A stretch of DNA of 63,919 nucleotides, the filler included, from an uncultured bacterium (GTDB lineage Bacteria > Latescibacterota > UBA2968): assembly GCA_964471275.1 (NCBI GenBank). It is 3 parts of 3 records of this genome, joined end to end, with 100 filler letters (N's around TTAATTAATTAA, not from the genome) between each part and the next. Parts side by side here need not be neighbours in the genome. Positions count along the whole stretch, not along the records: positions 1 to 23,478 come from CAYYGZ010000047.1; 2 more parts are not named here. One strand, 5' to 3'. Shown in pieces: positions 1-9,870 of this stretch (within the stretch, counting starts at the first letter, position 1; each line of letters begins with the position of its first letter). Position numbers and translations under genes: made by a program. Below the pieces are notes generated by a model. It ran no database searches. It worked only from the letters and a program-made list of their open reading frames with translations, and was not told the origin of the DNA.

Positions 1-26
1 GGCCTAATTCCTTGATTAACAACTGC

Positions 27-53
27 TAAAGCAAGAGACCCAAGTGCCGATAA
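27..53 (+). promoter_or_regulatory. sigma28 (FliA/SigD) promoter
   Basis: TAAA(27-30)-N15-GCCGATAA(46-53), an exact match to the sigma28 consensus. Confidence 0.85.
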
Positions 54-141
54 TATAAATAGATAGGCTCATATACCCATCTGTCATCGCTGATTCTGTG
101 GGGTAATGGAGTCAGCAAATTCGGTAAGGAGGGTGATAGCC

Positions 142-294
142 ATGTTGTCACCCATACCTGTCACGAACATCCGCGTTGAGGATCGAGAACGTCGAGAACA
201 ATCGCAGCAGCGATCGCAGAAACGGCAGAAGGAAAAGCCGGACGCGCGGCCGCACGAGGAGAACCGGGGTGACCGGATCGATCTCACCGCGTAG
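142..294 (+). CDS. small protein (50 aa) with C-terminal GxxIDxxA motif, YjfB-like putative motility protein
   Basis: AAGGAGG RBS before ATG142; ends GDRIDLTA; sigma28 promoter upstream and terminator downstream. Confidence 0.65.
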   Translation: MLSPIPVTNIRVEDRERREQSQQRSQKRQKEKPDARPHEENRGDRIDLTA

Positions 295-297
295 ATG

Positions 298-338
298 AAA
301 AAGAAGGGGGCTCACTCTGGGGGTGAGCCCCCTTCTTT
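298..338. terminator. bidirectional intrinsic terminator
   Basis: AAAGAAGGGGGCTCAC...GTGAGCCCCCTTCTTT inverted repeat between convergent genes. Confidence 0.85.
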
Positions 339-1473
339 ATGTCTCCGATCCCGGGCGCGACAACACCTCGTCATACCGCGCTTCAAGTGACTCTCCCTGG
401 GCCGCCAACGTGTGTCGCTCCGCTACAATTTGTCTCCCGTAAAGAGATCGGGCACCCACAGCCTCATCGGCCTCCAATGCCCGTGCCAGGGCCACCGTCA
501 GCCCGGCAGTATCCCTCTCTTCCACCAGTAGCCCTGCCTCACCCTCGTTCAGCACAAAGGGAATGTCCGCGTGGTGCGTGGCCACTACCGGCAATCCTGT
601 CGCCAGTGCCTCGATAATCCCGACGGGTGCGCCGCCTTCCGTATCGCCGTCAGATGCGGTGATGCTGGGCGACAGCAGGACGTGTGCTCTCTGAAGAATC
701 GGCTGACATTCGTCGTGCGGCAGGCTGCCCAAAAATGTGACCCGCTCACTGATCCCGAGTTCATCGACGTGAGCTTCCAGTGTCGACCGGAGCGGCCCAT
801 CCCCTACGATCGACATCCGAATGTCATCACGATCTCGAGCGAGTTGGGCAAAAGCGTCGATCCCGTATCGGTGTCCTTTCTTCTCCCGGAGTGACGCATA
901 CATCAGCACTTCCGGAGATCCGACACGCTCCTCAATTCCCTTGTAGGGGAAGGCTGCCAGGTCGATTCCGAGTGGCTGTATCCGAACTTTCGTTTCGGGA
1001 CAACCAATACCGACCAGACACGCGGCCATGTGCGGCCCCTCGGCGAGGAACAGATCTCCTTCATCGAACAATTTCGTGAAACGTCTTTGCCATACCGGGA
1101 TCCTCGGGAGCGCGGACACATCCAGACCATAGAAGGTCGTTACGAGCGGAATACGCGCAATCTTCTTGGCCTTCAGGCATCTGAACCCCTCCTGGCCGAA
1201 GTGAGCGTGGATCAGATCCGCACCATCCCGTACTGCCCGGGCACCGTATCGCGGATAGGTCCCCCTGGTTCTTGTCACGATCCGGTCCAGAAGGCCGGTC
1301 AGCGAACCGTGAGACGTAAAGTCCACGATGCGATCGACGGGGAAACGCTCAAGATTCCGAACATACCGACCGTAGACAACGGGCGTGTATCGCTCGAGGC
1401 TCTTGATCTGATCGTGTATCCAGACCGTCGTAGGCTCGAGGTAGGGATTCACGCTGTGGATAACCGTTGGCAT
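337..1473 (-). CDS. GT4 glycosyltransferase (WcaL-like)
   Basis: IHAHFG, EKKG and EGGAPVGIIEALATGLPVV GT4 motifs; ATG at 1473 is the likely start. Confidence 0.9.
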   Translation of the reverse strand: MPTVIHSVNPYLEPTTVWIHDQIKSLERYTPVVYGRYVRNLERFPVDRIVDFTSHGSLTGLLDRIVTRTRGTYPRYGARAVRDGADLIHAHFGQEGFRCLKAKKIARIPLVTTFYGLDVSALPRIPVWQRRFTKLFDEGDLFLAEGPHMAACLVGIGCPETKVRIQPLGIDLAAFPYKGIEERVGSPEVLMYASLREKKGHRYGIDAFAQLARDRDDIRMSIVGDGPLRSTLEAHVDELGISERVTFLGSLPHDECQPILQRAHVLLSPSITASDGDTEGGAPVGIIEALATGLPVVATHHADIPFVLNEGEAGLLVEERDTAGLTVALARALEADEAVGARSLYGRQIVAERHTLAAQGESLEARYDEVLSRPGSET

Positions 1474-1480
1474 ACCGATC

Positions 1481-1518
1481 AAAACAGAAACGGCCCGCCG
1501 ATCTGTATCGGCAGGCCG
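1481..1518 (-). terminator. intrinsic terminator
   Basis: CGGCCCGCCGAT/ATCGGCAGGCCG hairpin followed by TTTCTGTTTT on the minus strand. Confidence 0.6.
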
Positions 1519-1540
1519 CCTGATTTCCCTGTATAGATGC

Positions 1541-1771
1541 TCAACCGCCCGTTACATCTATCAGATTTCCGGGCTGCTGACCCTCTCCCAGTTGGCGCGC
1601 AGCATCTTGCTGCTCTCGCAGCTGCTGGGCCTGATTCTGAGTCGATGAGCTGACGGCAGCCGGCGAGTTCTCCGACTGTGCGCTGGGGGCCGCCTGTTCC
1701 GAGCCCTGCGTTCCGAGGCGCACCACTTCCGGTCGCGTTCCAGCTGCCGGATTACCAACACGATTCGGCAT
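1541..1771 (-). CDS. small Q/A/S-rich protein (76 aa) with C-terminal GNLIDVTG motif
   Basis: AGGAGG RBS before ATG1771; C-terminal motif like the 142..294 protein; own terminator. Confidence 0.65.
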   Translation of the reverse strand: MPNRVGNPAAGTRPEVVRLGTQGSEQAAPSAQSENSPAAVSSSTQNQAQQLREQQDAARQLGEGQQPGNLIDVTGG

Positions 1772-1908
1772 TGCTTCCTCCTGCAGACTGTCCACTGATA
1801 CAGCGGCCCTACACCAAACGACGGTTGACACCCTCTTGGTGTATCTCTAAACTAACGAATCATTTAGGTCAATTCAACCGCTTTCTCCCACAGCAGAATC
1901 CAACCGAC

Positions 1909-3384
1909 ATGCCTGCTTCCAAGAACTACCTCGCTTTCGACCTTGGTGCCTCCAGCGGCCGTGCTGTTATCGGACGATATGATGGCAAAACCCTCACCCT
2001 CGAGGAAGTCCATCGATTCCCGAACGGAGCCACGGAGTTGCTCGGTGGACTCTATTGGGATGCCGTGGGTCTCTATTCTGAGATTCTCGCAGGATTGAGA
2101 AAGGCCGCCGGGACAGTCGATACACTCCAATCTGCTGGTCTCGACACGTGGGGCGTCGACTTCGCACTTCTGGATGCAAAGGGCGATATGATCGGCACGC
2201 CACACTGTTACCGGGACCCGAGAGTCGACGGCATCATGGATGTCGCCTTCGAAGCGGTTCCGAGGGGCCAGATGTTCAAGCAGACAGGCATACAGTTCAT
2301 GCCCTTTAACTCGGTCTTCCAGCTTTACGCGATGGTCCGCGCCAACTCTCCCCATCTGGGCATCGCAGAAACCTTCCTGACAATGCCCGATCTGTTCAAC
2401 TACTGGTTGACCGGCACGAAGGTCTGTGAATTCTCGATCGCCACGACGACGCAGTGCTACGATCCCCGCAAACGGGCGTGGGCGACCGAGATGCTCGACA
2501 GCCTCGGCATCCCCTCATATATCTTCCCGGAGATCGCACAGCCGGGAACGGATCTCGGAAAGCTTCGCAAATCCGTCGCCAAAGAGGCTGGCCTTGCCGA
2601 CCTGACGGTGATCGCACCTGCCTGTCACGACACAGGCTCCGCCGTTGCCGCAGTTCCGATGATATCATCGGATGCCCTCTACCTCTCCTTGGGTACCTGG
2701 GCACTAATGGGCGCGGAGATCGACGAGCCCGCGATCAACAAAAAGTCACTCGCGCACAACTTCACGAACGAGGGTGGCGTCGATGATACCTACCGATTCC
2801 TGAAGAACATTTGCGGTCTGTGGTTGGTCCAGGAATCAAAGCGCACGTGGGATATGTCGGGCAATCAGTTGTCATTTGACGAGCTCACGACACGAGCCCA
2901 GCAGGCGCCGGCACTCACATCTCTGATCGACCCGGACGATCCAGACTTCGTCGCACCGGGGGATATGCCCGCCCGGATCCGAGCCTTCTGCGCACGGACA
3001 GGTCAACAGGAGCCGCAGGACGAGGGGACCGTGGTTCGGTGCGCACTCGACAGCCTTGCGCTCAAGTGTCGCCAGGTTCTCGGCAACATGCAGGAAGTTC
3101 TCGGACGATCATTCGGTACCCTCCACATTGTCGGTGGGGGGATCCAGAACAGACTGCTCTGCCAGCTGATTGCTGACGCTACCGGCCTCGAGGTGCTTGC
3201 AGGGCCGGTTGAGGCCACCGCGCTTGGCAACATCCTCGTACAGGCCATCGCAAGCGGCGATGTATCCGACCTTGCCCAGGCTCGCGAAATCGTCCGCGCA
3301 TCCACACCCGTTGACAATTATACCCCACAGCATTCGGATGCCTGGGACGAAGCCTACGCCAAGTTCCTCGATCTCGCCTCCTGA
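1909..3384 (+). CDS. rhaB: rhamnulokinase (FGGY family)
   Basis: AFDLGASSGR, DTWGVDF, HDTGSAV, NFTNEGG, IVGGG and GPVEATALGN motifs; ATG at 1909. Confidence 0.9.
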   Translation: MPASKNYLAFDLGASSGRAVIGRYDGKTLTLEEVHRFPNGATELLGGLYWDAVGLYSEILAGLRKAAGTVDTLQSAGLDTWGVDFALLDAKGDMIGTPHCYRDPRVDGIMDVAFEAVPRGQMFKQTGIQFMPFNSVFQLYAMVRANSPHLGIAETFLTMPDLFNYWLTGTKVCEFSIATTTQCYDPRKRAWATEMLDSLGIPSYIFPEIAQPGTDLGKLRKSVAKEAGLADLTVIAPACHDTGSAVAAVPMISSDALYLSLGTWALMGAEIDEPAINKKSLAHNFTNEGGVDDTYRFLKNICGLWLVQESKRTWDMSGNQLSFDELTTRAQQAPALTSLIDPDDPDFVAPGDMPARIRAFCARTGQQEPQDEGTVVRCALDSLALKCRQVLGNMQEVLGRSFGTLHIVGGGIQNRLLCQLIADATGLEVLAGPVEATALGNILVQAIASGDVSDLAQAREIVRASTPVDNYTPQHSDAWDEAYAKFLDLAS

Positions 3385-4109
3385 TGCAACCCATCAACAT
3401 CGTCCGACGACTGAGCTGCGAGGTCAGCTCGCTGACCTTCCAGCTGCCAGTTACACACGTATACAACCCACTCGATTATGCACTTGGGGCACACAGGACC
3501 TACCTCGAGAGATTCTGCAGACTGGGGGTTGATGCCCTGCTACTGGGCATGAATCCGGGTCCCTGGGGCATGGTACAGACAGGCGTGCCCTTTGGTGAAG
3601 TCGAACTCGTTAGAGATTGGATGGGAATCGATTCGGGAGTTACGAAACCGAAGACCGAGCATCCAAAGCGATTGATCGAGGGATTCGACTGCGGCCGCAG
3701 TGAAGTGAGCGGAAGGCGGCTGTGGGGTTGGGCGAAGGAGCGATTCGTGACACCCGATGCCTTCTTCGACCGGTTTTTCGTCTGGAACTACTGCCCGCTG
3801 GCTTTCATGGAGGAGTCGGGCAAGAATCGCACGCCCGACAAACTCACCTTGGAGGAAAGAAGCCTGCTCTACGCACCTTGTGACGTTGCACTCGCAAGAA
3901 TCGTCGAACACGTCAACCCCGGGATCGTGCTGGGCGTTGGAAAGTTCGCGGAAAAACAGGCGCGCACCGTGTTGGGCAAAGATGCCCAAATCGGGACGAT
4001 TCTCCACCCAAGTCCCGCAAGCCCGATCGCAAACCGCGGATGGGCCCCGCAGGTCGAAAAGCAACTCGCCGCCCTGCAGATCCCCCTCCCCACTCCCCCG
4101 TCATCCTGA
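3384..4109 (+). CDS. SMUG1-type (family 3) uracil-DNA glycosylase
   Basis: GMNPGPWGM-QTGVPFG, EVSGRRLW, NYCPL and HPSPASP motifs. Confidence 0.9.
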   Translation: MQPINIVRRLSCEVSSLTFQLPVTHVYNPLDYALGAHRTYLERFCRLGVDALLLGMNPGPWGMVQTGVPFGEVELVRDWMGIDSGVTKPKTEHPKRLIEGFDCGRSEVSGRRLWGWAKERFVTPDAFFDRFFVWNYCPLAFMEESGKNRTPDKLTLEERSLLYAPCDVALARIVEHVNPGIVLGVGKFAEKQARTVLGKDAQIGTILHPSPASPIANRGWAPQVEKQLAALQIPLPTPPSS

Positions 4110-4256
4110 GCCCTGGCGAGGGACCCCTCCCAGTTCTGGACCATCTCGTGGGCAAAAAAACGTTCCAAAAGAGCAGGGGCGCTCCAGATTCCAAAGAAAA
4201 GGGGCCTCATCTGGAACCTGAAACCCCTTTTCTTCAATTTTGAAAAGCCTTCCGTC

Positions 4257-5622
4257 TCACTGCGCCTGCATCACTCTCTCAAACATCCTGAGTCGCAGCG
4301 CCGTCTCAACGTCGCGGTATTCGTCTTTACCCGCCAGATTGATCGCTTCAGCGGGATCATTCTCGAGATCGAACAACAGATAGGGTTGTCCTTCCCGGTT
4401 CACAGCCATTTTCCACTTCTCGTCTGTGATCATCACTTCGTGGCTGAGTTCGCACAGCGCCTCATCCCGGATTCTTGCGTGCTCGTCGGCCAAACAGGGC
4501 TGAAGCGGCTTGGCGAACTGCTTGAAGTCAAGCTTGGTGCCAGCATACTCGGCCAGCGTCGGGCCAACATCGAACCACTCGACGGGGGAATCGCAAACCC
4601 GGTCAGCCTCGATTCCGGGTCCGCGAACCAGGAGCGGTACCCGTGCTGCGCTGTTCATGAAGTTGCTCTTATATATGAGACCGTAGTCTCCGTTCATCTC
4701 CCCGTGATCGGACACAAGAACAACGACCGTGTTGTCCCACTCCCCTCTTGCTTCGATCACAGCAAACAGCTGCCCGATCTGTTCGTCGATCAGCGACACG
4801 TTCCCGGCATAGTTCGCCCGCATCGCGGTGATCTGCTCGTGCGTCAACTCGGGGCGCCCTGCGATCAGCTCATCGAGCTTTCCGCTCGCCCTCCCGCTCC
4901 CCGCATCGTCAAACCCGATCGGTTCCGACATCGTCGCCGGATCATACATCGACGCAAAGGGCTCGGGTGTATCCCAGGGCTCGTGCGGCCCTCCGAAGCT
5001 CACCCAGCTGAACCAAGGCTGATCTCGATCATACTTTTCGATATACGATCGGCACTTCTGCCCGACATACGTGTCGTAGTAGTACTCGATCCCCAGCGTC
5101 GACGGCCTCACCACGTGTGCGATGTTCGAGAACCGCTCATCGTAGTCCTCTCTGTAGGCATCCCATATTCCCAGTCGATCCCACCCCGCCGTCATATTTG
5201 ACAGCATCCTCGCACACGCCCGCGGACCGACCGTCTCGTCGATATCATCGATCCCCTGTGACCGAAGCTTGTGTTCCACCTTCCGAAGGTCACCCCCGGC
5301 AGCGTTCAGGTGGGTCTTCCCGAACAGGCTGGTGCGGTAGCCTGCATCACGGATCGCCTTCATCCAGTTGGGGGCCTCCGGATCGAGCGTCGAATTACCG
5401 TTGTACCAGAGGCCGGTGTTATGACAGTATTGTCCGGATGCCATCGTGCGGCGTGTCGGGATACAGACGGGCGAATTCGTGATGCACTGCGAGAACCTCA
5501 CGCCCTCACCGGCGATACGGTCCATATTCGGTGTCTGCATCCNNNNNNNNNNCGGTGACGCATCCGACGGCGTCCCATCTTTGCTGATCGGTCATGATCA
5601 GGAGGATATTGGGCTGGCTCAT
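4257..5622 (-). CDS. formylglycine-dependent sulfatase (spans the 10-N gap)
   Basis: CIPTR motif, GKTH, PHEP, SDHG; true N-terminus MSQPNILLIMTDQQRWD reads from ATG5622 on the other side of the gap. Confidence 0.9.
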
Positions 5623-6053
5623 TGGGTCTCCGGCGGTTCACGGGTTCCATTTCTCAAGTGAGTCCCCCAATATGGGGGGTGTCAGGGCAAGAAGCAAAGC
5701 GACACGTCGAAACCACGGAATTCGTGCCTGAAGAGAGTTGACAGACTCTCGTCTTGGAAGTCTGAATCAGGACTTTCGATCTGTCCCCAACAGCTCCAGA
5801 GACTTCTTCGAATTGATGCCCCTGCTGTGCTCTGAGTTAAAATTACCTGCACGGCCCAAATTGACCTTCACTCACCATCGGCAGCCGACTCACTCGCTCG
5901 CCAGCCTGCGACGCTGACCCGTCCGCTGACCCACACCTTGCCCCCATTCGCCAGGCCTTTTCAGTTACAATCCGCAACCCCTCTCTCCACCATTTGCAAC
6001 TTGCGGAAATTCGGAGTATCATCAGCGCTAATACTAGAAATGGAGATTACAAG

Positions 6054-7058
6054 ATGGAATACAGAAATCTGGGAAAGGCAGGCGTGAAGGTATCACGAAT
6101 CTGCCTGGGGACGATGATGTTCGGCGGGGCCACAAACGAAGCCGACTCAATCAAGATTATCCACCGCGCGATGGATGATGGGGTCAACTTCATCGACACG
6201 GCGAATGTCTACAACAACTGTGAATCCGAGATCATCCTGGGAAAGGCGCTCAAGGGTCGGCGTGACCGCGTCGTCGTCGCCACGAAGGTCTGCGGCGGTC
6301 GAGGAGATGGGCCGAATGACTCCGGAACCAGCCGAATCCACATCCTCCACGAAGTCGAGAACAGCCTCCGTCGTCTGGACACGGACTACATCGACATCTA
6401 TATGCTCCACAGACGTGACTACAACACGCCCCTGGAGGAATCGATCGAGGCACTCAACGATCTTGTTCGCCAGGGCAAGATCCGCTACGCCGGCTGCTCC
6501 AATTTCCATGGCCACGAACTCGCCAGATCGCTCTGGATCGCAGACAAGCACAACCAGGCACCGATGTCTGTCGTCCAGCCGCTCTACAACATCGTCAACC
6601 GCGATCCGGAGGTAGAGTTGTTCCCGTGCTGCCGGGAACACGGTGTGGGTGTGATGGTATACAGCCCGCTCGCGCGTGGTGTTCTGGCGGGCAAGTATCT
6701 CCCCGGACAGGCACCTCCGGAAGGGTCTCGCGCCGCCCGGAAAGATCCAAGGATGATGGTCACCGAGCTGCGAGATGAAAGCTATGAAGTGGCGCAACAG
6801 ATCAAACCTTTGGCCGATGCACACGGAAAGACAATGACGCAGTTCAGCCTGAACTGGGTGCTGGGAAACCCGATCGTGACCGCCGCGATTGTGGGACCGC
6901 GAACAATGGAGCACTACGAGGATAACGTGGGATGTTTGGGGTGGGAGATGGAGGAAAGTGCTTTGCAGAAGATCAATGAGCTCGTCCCGCCCGGGGAGCA
7001 TACAGGGTGGGGGTTTAATGATCCGCAGTATCCGGTTATGGGTCGGCCGGTCAAATAG
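6054..7058 (+). CDS. aldo/keto reductase
   Basis: CLGTMMFG, IDTANVY, SLRRLDTDYIDIY, YSPLARGVL; GGAG RBS before ATG6054. Confidence 0.92.
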   Translation: MEYRNLGKAGVKVSRICLGTMMFGGATNEADSIKIIHRAMDDGVNFIDTANVYNNCESEIILGKALKGRRDRVVVATKVCGGRGDGPNDSGTSRIHILHEVENSLRRLDTDYIDIYMLHRRDYNTPLEESIEALNDLVRQGKIRYAGCSNFHGHELARSLWIADKHNQAPMSVVQPLYNIVNRDPEVELFPCCREHGVGVMVYSPLARGVLAGKYLPGQAPPEGSRAARKDPRMMVTELRDESYEVAQQIKPLADAHGKTMTQFSLNWVLGNPIVTAAIVGPRTMEHYEDNVGCLGWEMEESALQKINELVPPGEHTGWGFNDPQYPVMGRPVK

Positions 7059-7459
7059 AAACGGGCTACTCCATGTCACAAGGAATCTGTGGCAAGACCA
7101 ATCAGCAAAATGATGGTAGCATTGCTATCAGGAAGCGACACAACATCCTGATGTTTTGGAGGATGAAAGAAGCCAAGGCCAACATGTAACGTGAGGTCTA
7201 TTTCATCAGATACCAGATGCAGAAGGCCCTGGAACCGGACTTCGTTCTGGGCGAGTACGCACATTGTTTTTCCCAGCGAATGGAGCAACTACCAGACCTT
7301 CAAGGGAACGGATATAAAGAAGTTTTACGAAGTTGTTCAGAAGCCTCGCGAGGCCCCTACTCCACACTCAGACCTCACAGACACACAGATTGGTCAACCA
7401 GAGATAAAGCTCGAATTGAACTACTTTCTGGACACAAAGTTCGTAATTGGTATTGACAT

Positions 7460-7520
7460 TGACCTGCCCCCCATCTATCAGCAACCACATCCAGAGTTAG
7501 GATGAGGTTGCTGATAGCGG
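7460..7520 (-). mobile_element. IS3-family terminal remnant (~60 bp)
   Basis: TGACCTGCCCC...ACATCCAGAGTTAGGATG.GG.TGCTGATAGCGG closely matches the IS end at 23154-23211. Confidence 0.75.
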
Positions 7521-7886
7521 ATTCGAATCGTGGCGGTGCAGAAACTCCTGCTGCCTCAACCGGTTCGATTCCAGATCGTTCTCAATCTTTCCTTTCTGCG
7601 TCATAAGCTTCGTACCATCGAGTTCGGCAACAACCTGGCCCGGCGCAACGCGATCCCCCTACCGGACGAGTACGGCCTTGATTGTCCCGTCGATCGCAGG
7701 CTTGATGTGCCGCCGATGAGTCGGCTCAACCACACCTCTAGACGTAACTGCAACATCCATTTCTGCCATCATAACTAATGAGAGAACTCCCGAGATCATC
7801 AAAGCAAACAGAACAAGAATGGTCAGTGCGAAACGTCTGACCCATCGGAAACCGGGCACGTGATACGGTTGGTAGTCTGTCGTCAC
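7521..7886 (-). pseudogene. HlyD-family membrane fusion protein pseudogene
   Basis: TM helix, then RGVVEP...IDGTIKAVLVR*GDRVAPGQVVAELD with in-frame TAG at 7659; truncated at the IS remnant. Confidence 0.75.
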
Positions 7887-8176
7887 GAGTGCCCCACCAA
7901 CAATGGTGGTTTGACTGCTACGGGAAGGGAAGACAACGCGGATGCCAGAGCGAGTGCAGGCACAGAAGTGTATGCGAATCAACATCTTGCAGACCTGACC
8001 GCTTGCTTCTTCGCGGGTTGCAATTGAACGGGCATTGCAGGTAGCAGCTGCGGATGAAAGAAATCGGGAAACCTGCCAGTGCTGGTAGCCAGGCTGAAAC
8101 GTCGGATCAGCATCCTTGCCAGAATACGGCCGCGTGCCGATCGTCAACGTTTATACCCACATCGGCAACGAGGCAG

Positions 8177-9499
8177 ATGGACAACCAGGACACATCTCAG
8201 CGAGCGCTTCTCAAGCTTTTCGCCCCATTAGCTATGAGCGGGATCTTCTTCCCCCTCGCGCGCCCTGTCGTCAATGCTGCCATCGCTCGGTCCGATGACC
8301 CCATCCTCGCCCTCGCCGCATACTCTGTAGCATTCAGCCTTACGATCCCCCTGCTCTCTCCCCTCTTCGGCCTCCGCCAAATCGTCACATCCCTTGCGGT
8401 CGATCAGGACATGATCCGTCGGTTGGGCGTCATTACGCTCACCCTGAGCGGCCTTGCCACCATCCCGATCGCCATTGCCGCCATCCCCTCTGTCTATCTC
8501 TGGATCACACGGAACGTCATCGGTGTGTCGGATGACATCGCACAGGTCGGACCGCCGGTGATACTCGTTCTGATTACGGCGCCGATCATCAGCGTCGCCC
8601 GGGGTTACTACCAGGGCATCCTCGTCAAGTATGGCCGCGCCAACGCCATCGGGTTCGGTGCCCTGCTCTACTTGATCCTCTCCATCGCCATCGCATTCCC
8701 GCTGATCGCCTGGATGCGGGTCGAAGGCGCACTCGCTGCAACCATCGCCTTCACCGTCGCAAGCGTGGCCTACGCGTTCATCGTCTGGTTGCCCTACCGT
8801 AGATTACGTCGCGAGCACATCCCGGAGCGGGACGAGACATACGAAGATGAGAAACGCTCACTGAGACACATTTACGGGCTGTACTATCCCCTCGCCGTCT
8901 CGTCGATCCTGATGGCCACGGTGGAGCCGGTCATCCAGGCGGCGATTGCACGTTCCCCGGGCTCGGATGTCTCCCTCGCCTCCTACCCGGTCGTCATCTC
9001 GCTCACCTGGCTGTCCCGCGTACACCTCTGGAATGCGCAGCAGATCGCGATCGCCCGGGTTAAGTCTTTCACACAGTATCTGGACGTGCGCCGGTTCATG
9101 GTCTACATGACAGCGATCACCACCGTATTGCTTGCCGCATTGATGATTCCGTCGATATCGAAGTGGATATTCGGAGGATTGATGGGGTTGATCGGCCCCG
9201 TCCGGGACCAGGCGATTATGGGTTTCCCGATCGCGATAACCATCCCCGCGCTGCAGGCCGCAAGGAGCTTCTACTATGGGACGCTCATCAGCAGGGAGGC
9301 CACGGGAGGCATCCAGACAGCGGCTTTTGTTCGGATTCTGGTTCTGGTGGTGATACTGTTTGCCGGGGTCGGCTACGGTAGGATTAACGGTCTGTATCTG
9401 GCGCTCATTGCCACGGCCATCGGTGACCTGAGTGAGTGCCTCGTTCTGCGCCTATTTGTGAGGAGAGTGAACTGGACAATCGCAGTGCCTTCGGGCTAG
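8177..9499 (+). CDS. MATE/ANKH-like multi-TM transporter
   Basis: about 12 TM segments with two repeated halves (PLA...AAIARS...LA.Y). Confidence 0.7.
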   Translation: MDNQDTSQRALLKLFAPLAMSGIFFPLARPVVNAAIARSDDPILALAAYSVAFSLTIPLLSPLFGLRQIVTSLAVDQDMIRRLGVITLTLSGLATIPIAIAAIPSVYLWITRNVIGVSDDIAQVGPPVILVLITAPIISVARGYYQGILVKYGRANAIGFGALLYLILSIAIAFPLIAWMRVEGALAATIAFTVASVAYAFIVWLPYRRLRREHIPERDETYEDEKRSLRHIYGLYYPLAVSSILMATVEPVIQAAIARSPGSDVSLASYPVVISLTWLSRVHLWNAQQIAIARVKSFTQYLDVRRFMVYMTAITTVLLAALMIPSISKWIFGGLMGLIGPVRDQAIMGFPIAITIPALQAARSFYYGTLISREATGGIQTAAFVRILVLVVILFAGVGYGRINGLYLALIATAIGDLSECLVLRLFVRRVNWTIAVPSG

Positions 9500-9515
9500 G
9501 CAGCTACGAACGGCC

Positions 9516-9866
9516 TCACGCCTCTTCCTCTTCCTCGTCTCTCGCCTTCTTCTCCGCTTCCAGCTTCTTGATCTGCTGCTGAACTTCGTGCGCGCTCCTC
9601 AGAATTGCCGAAATACTCTTGATTCGGCGCATCTGGAAGATGGAAATCCCAATTCCCAGGATGGGCAACGACAGATAGGTCCAGTCGACTCCCTGCAACA
9701 CACTGAACAGTACCCAGAACAGGATCAGAGCCATCGAGGACAGCAGCGTGTAACCCCACAGGTTCGACTGCTTCTGGTAGTGAGAGTAGAGCTGACGGAT
9801 CTGACCCAGCGGAGTCTTCGCCGTGACGGCGGGCTCTTCTTTCTTTTTCTTCCACGGTAGGTTCAA
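9516..9866 (-). CDS. small 2-TM membrane protein with coiled-coil tail
   Basis: two hydrophobic helices and a charged tail; follows directly on the upstream gene. Confidence 0.6.
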   Translation of the reverse strand: MNLPWKKKKEEPAVTAKTPLGQIRQLYSHYQKQSNLWGYTLLSSMALILFWVLFSVLQGVDWTYLSLPILGIGISIFQMRRIKSISAILRSAHEVQQQIKKLEAEKKARDEEEEEA

Positions 9867-9870
9867 ACCA

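Noticed and set aside
1841..1867. Possible sigma28 promoter for the 1541..1771 gene (TAAA-N14-AGAGATAC)
   Set aside because: The -10 box matches only 4 of 8 positions and the spacer is off.
7657..7661. In-frame TAG as pyrrolysine or alternative-code readthrough
   Set aside because: TAG is used as a normal stop throughout the window, and the gene is also truncated.
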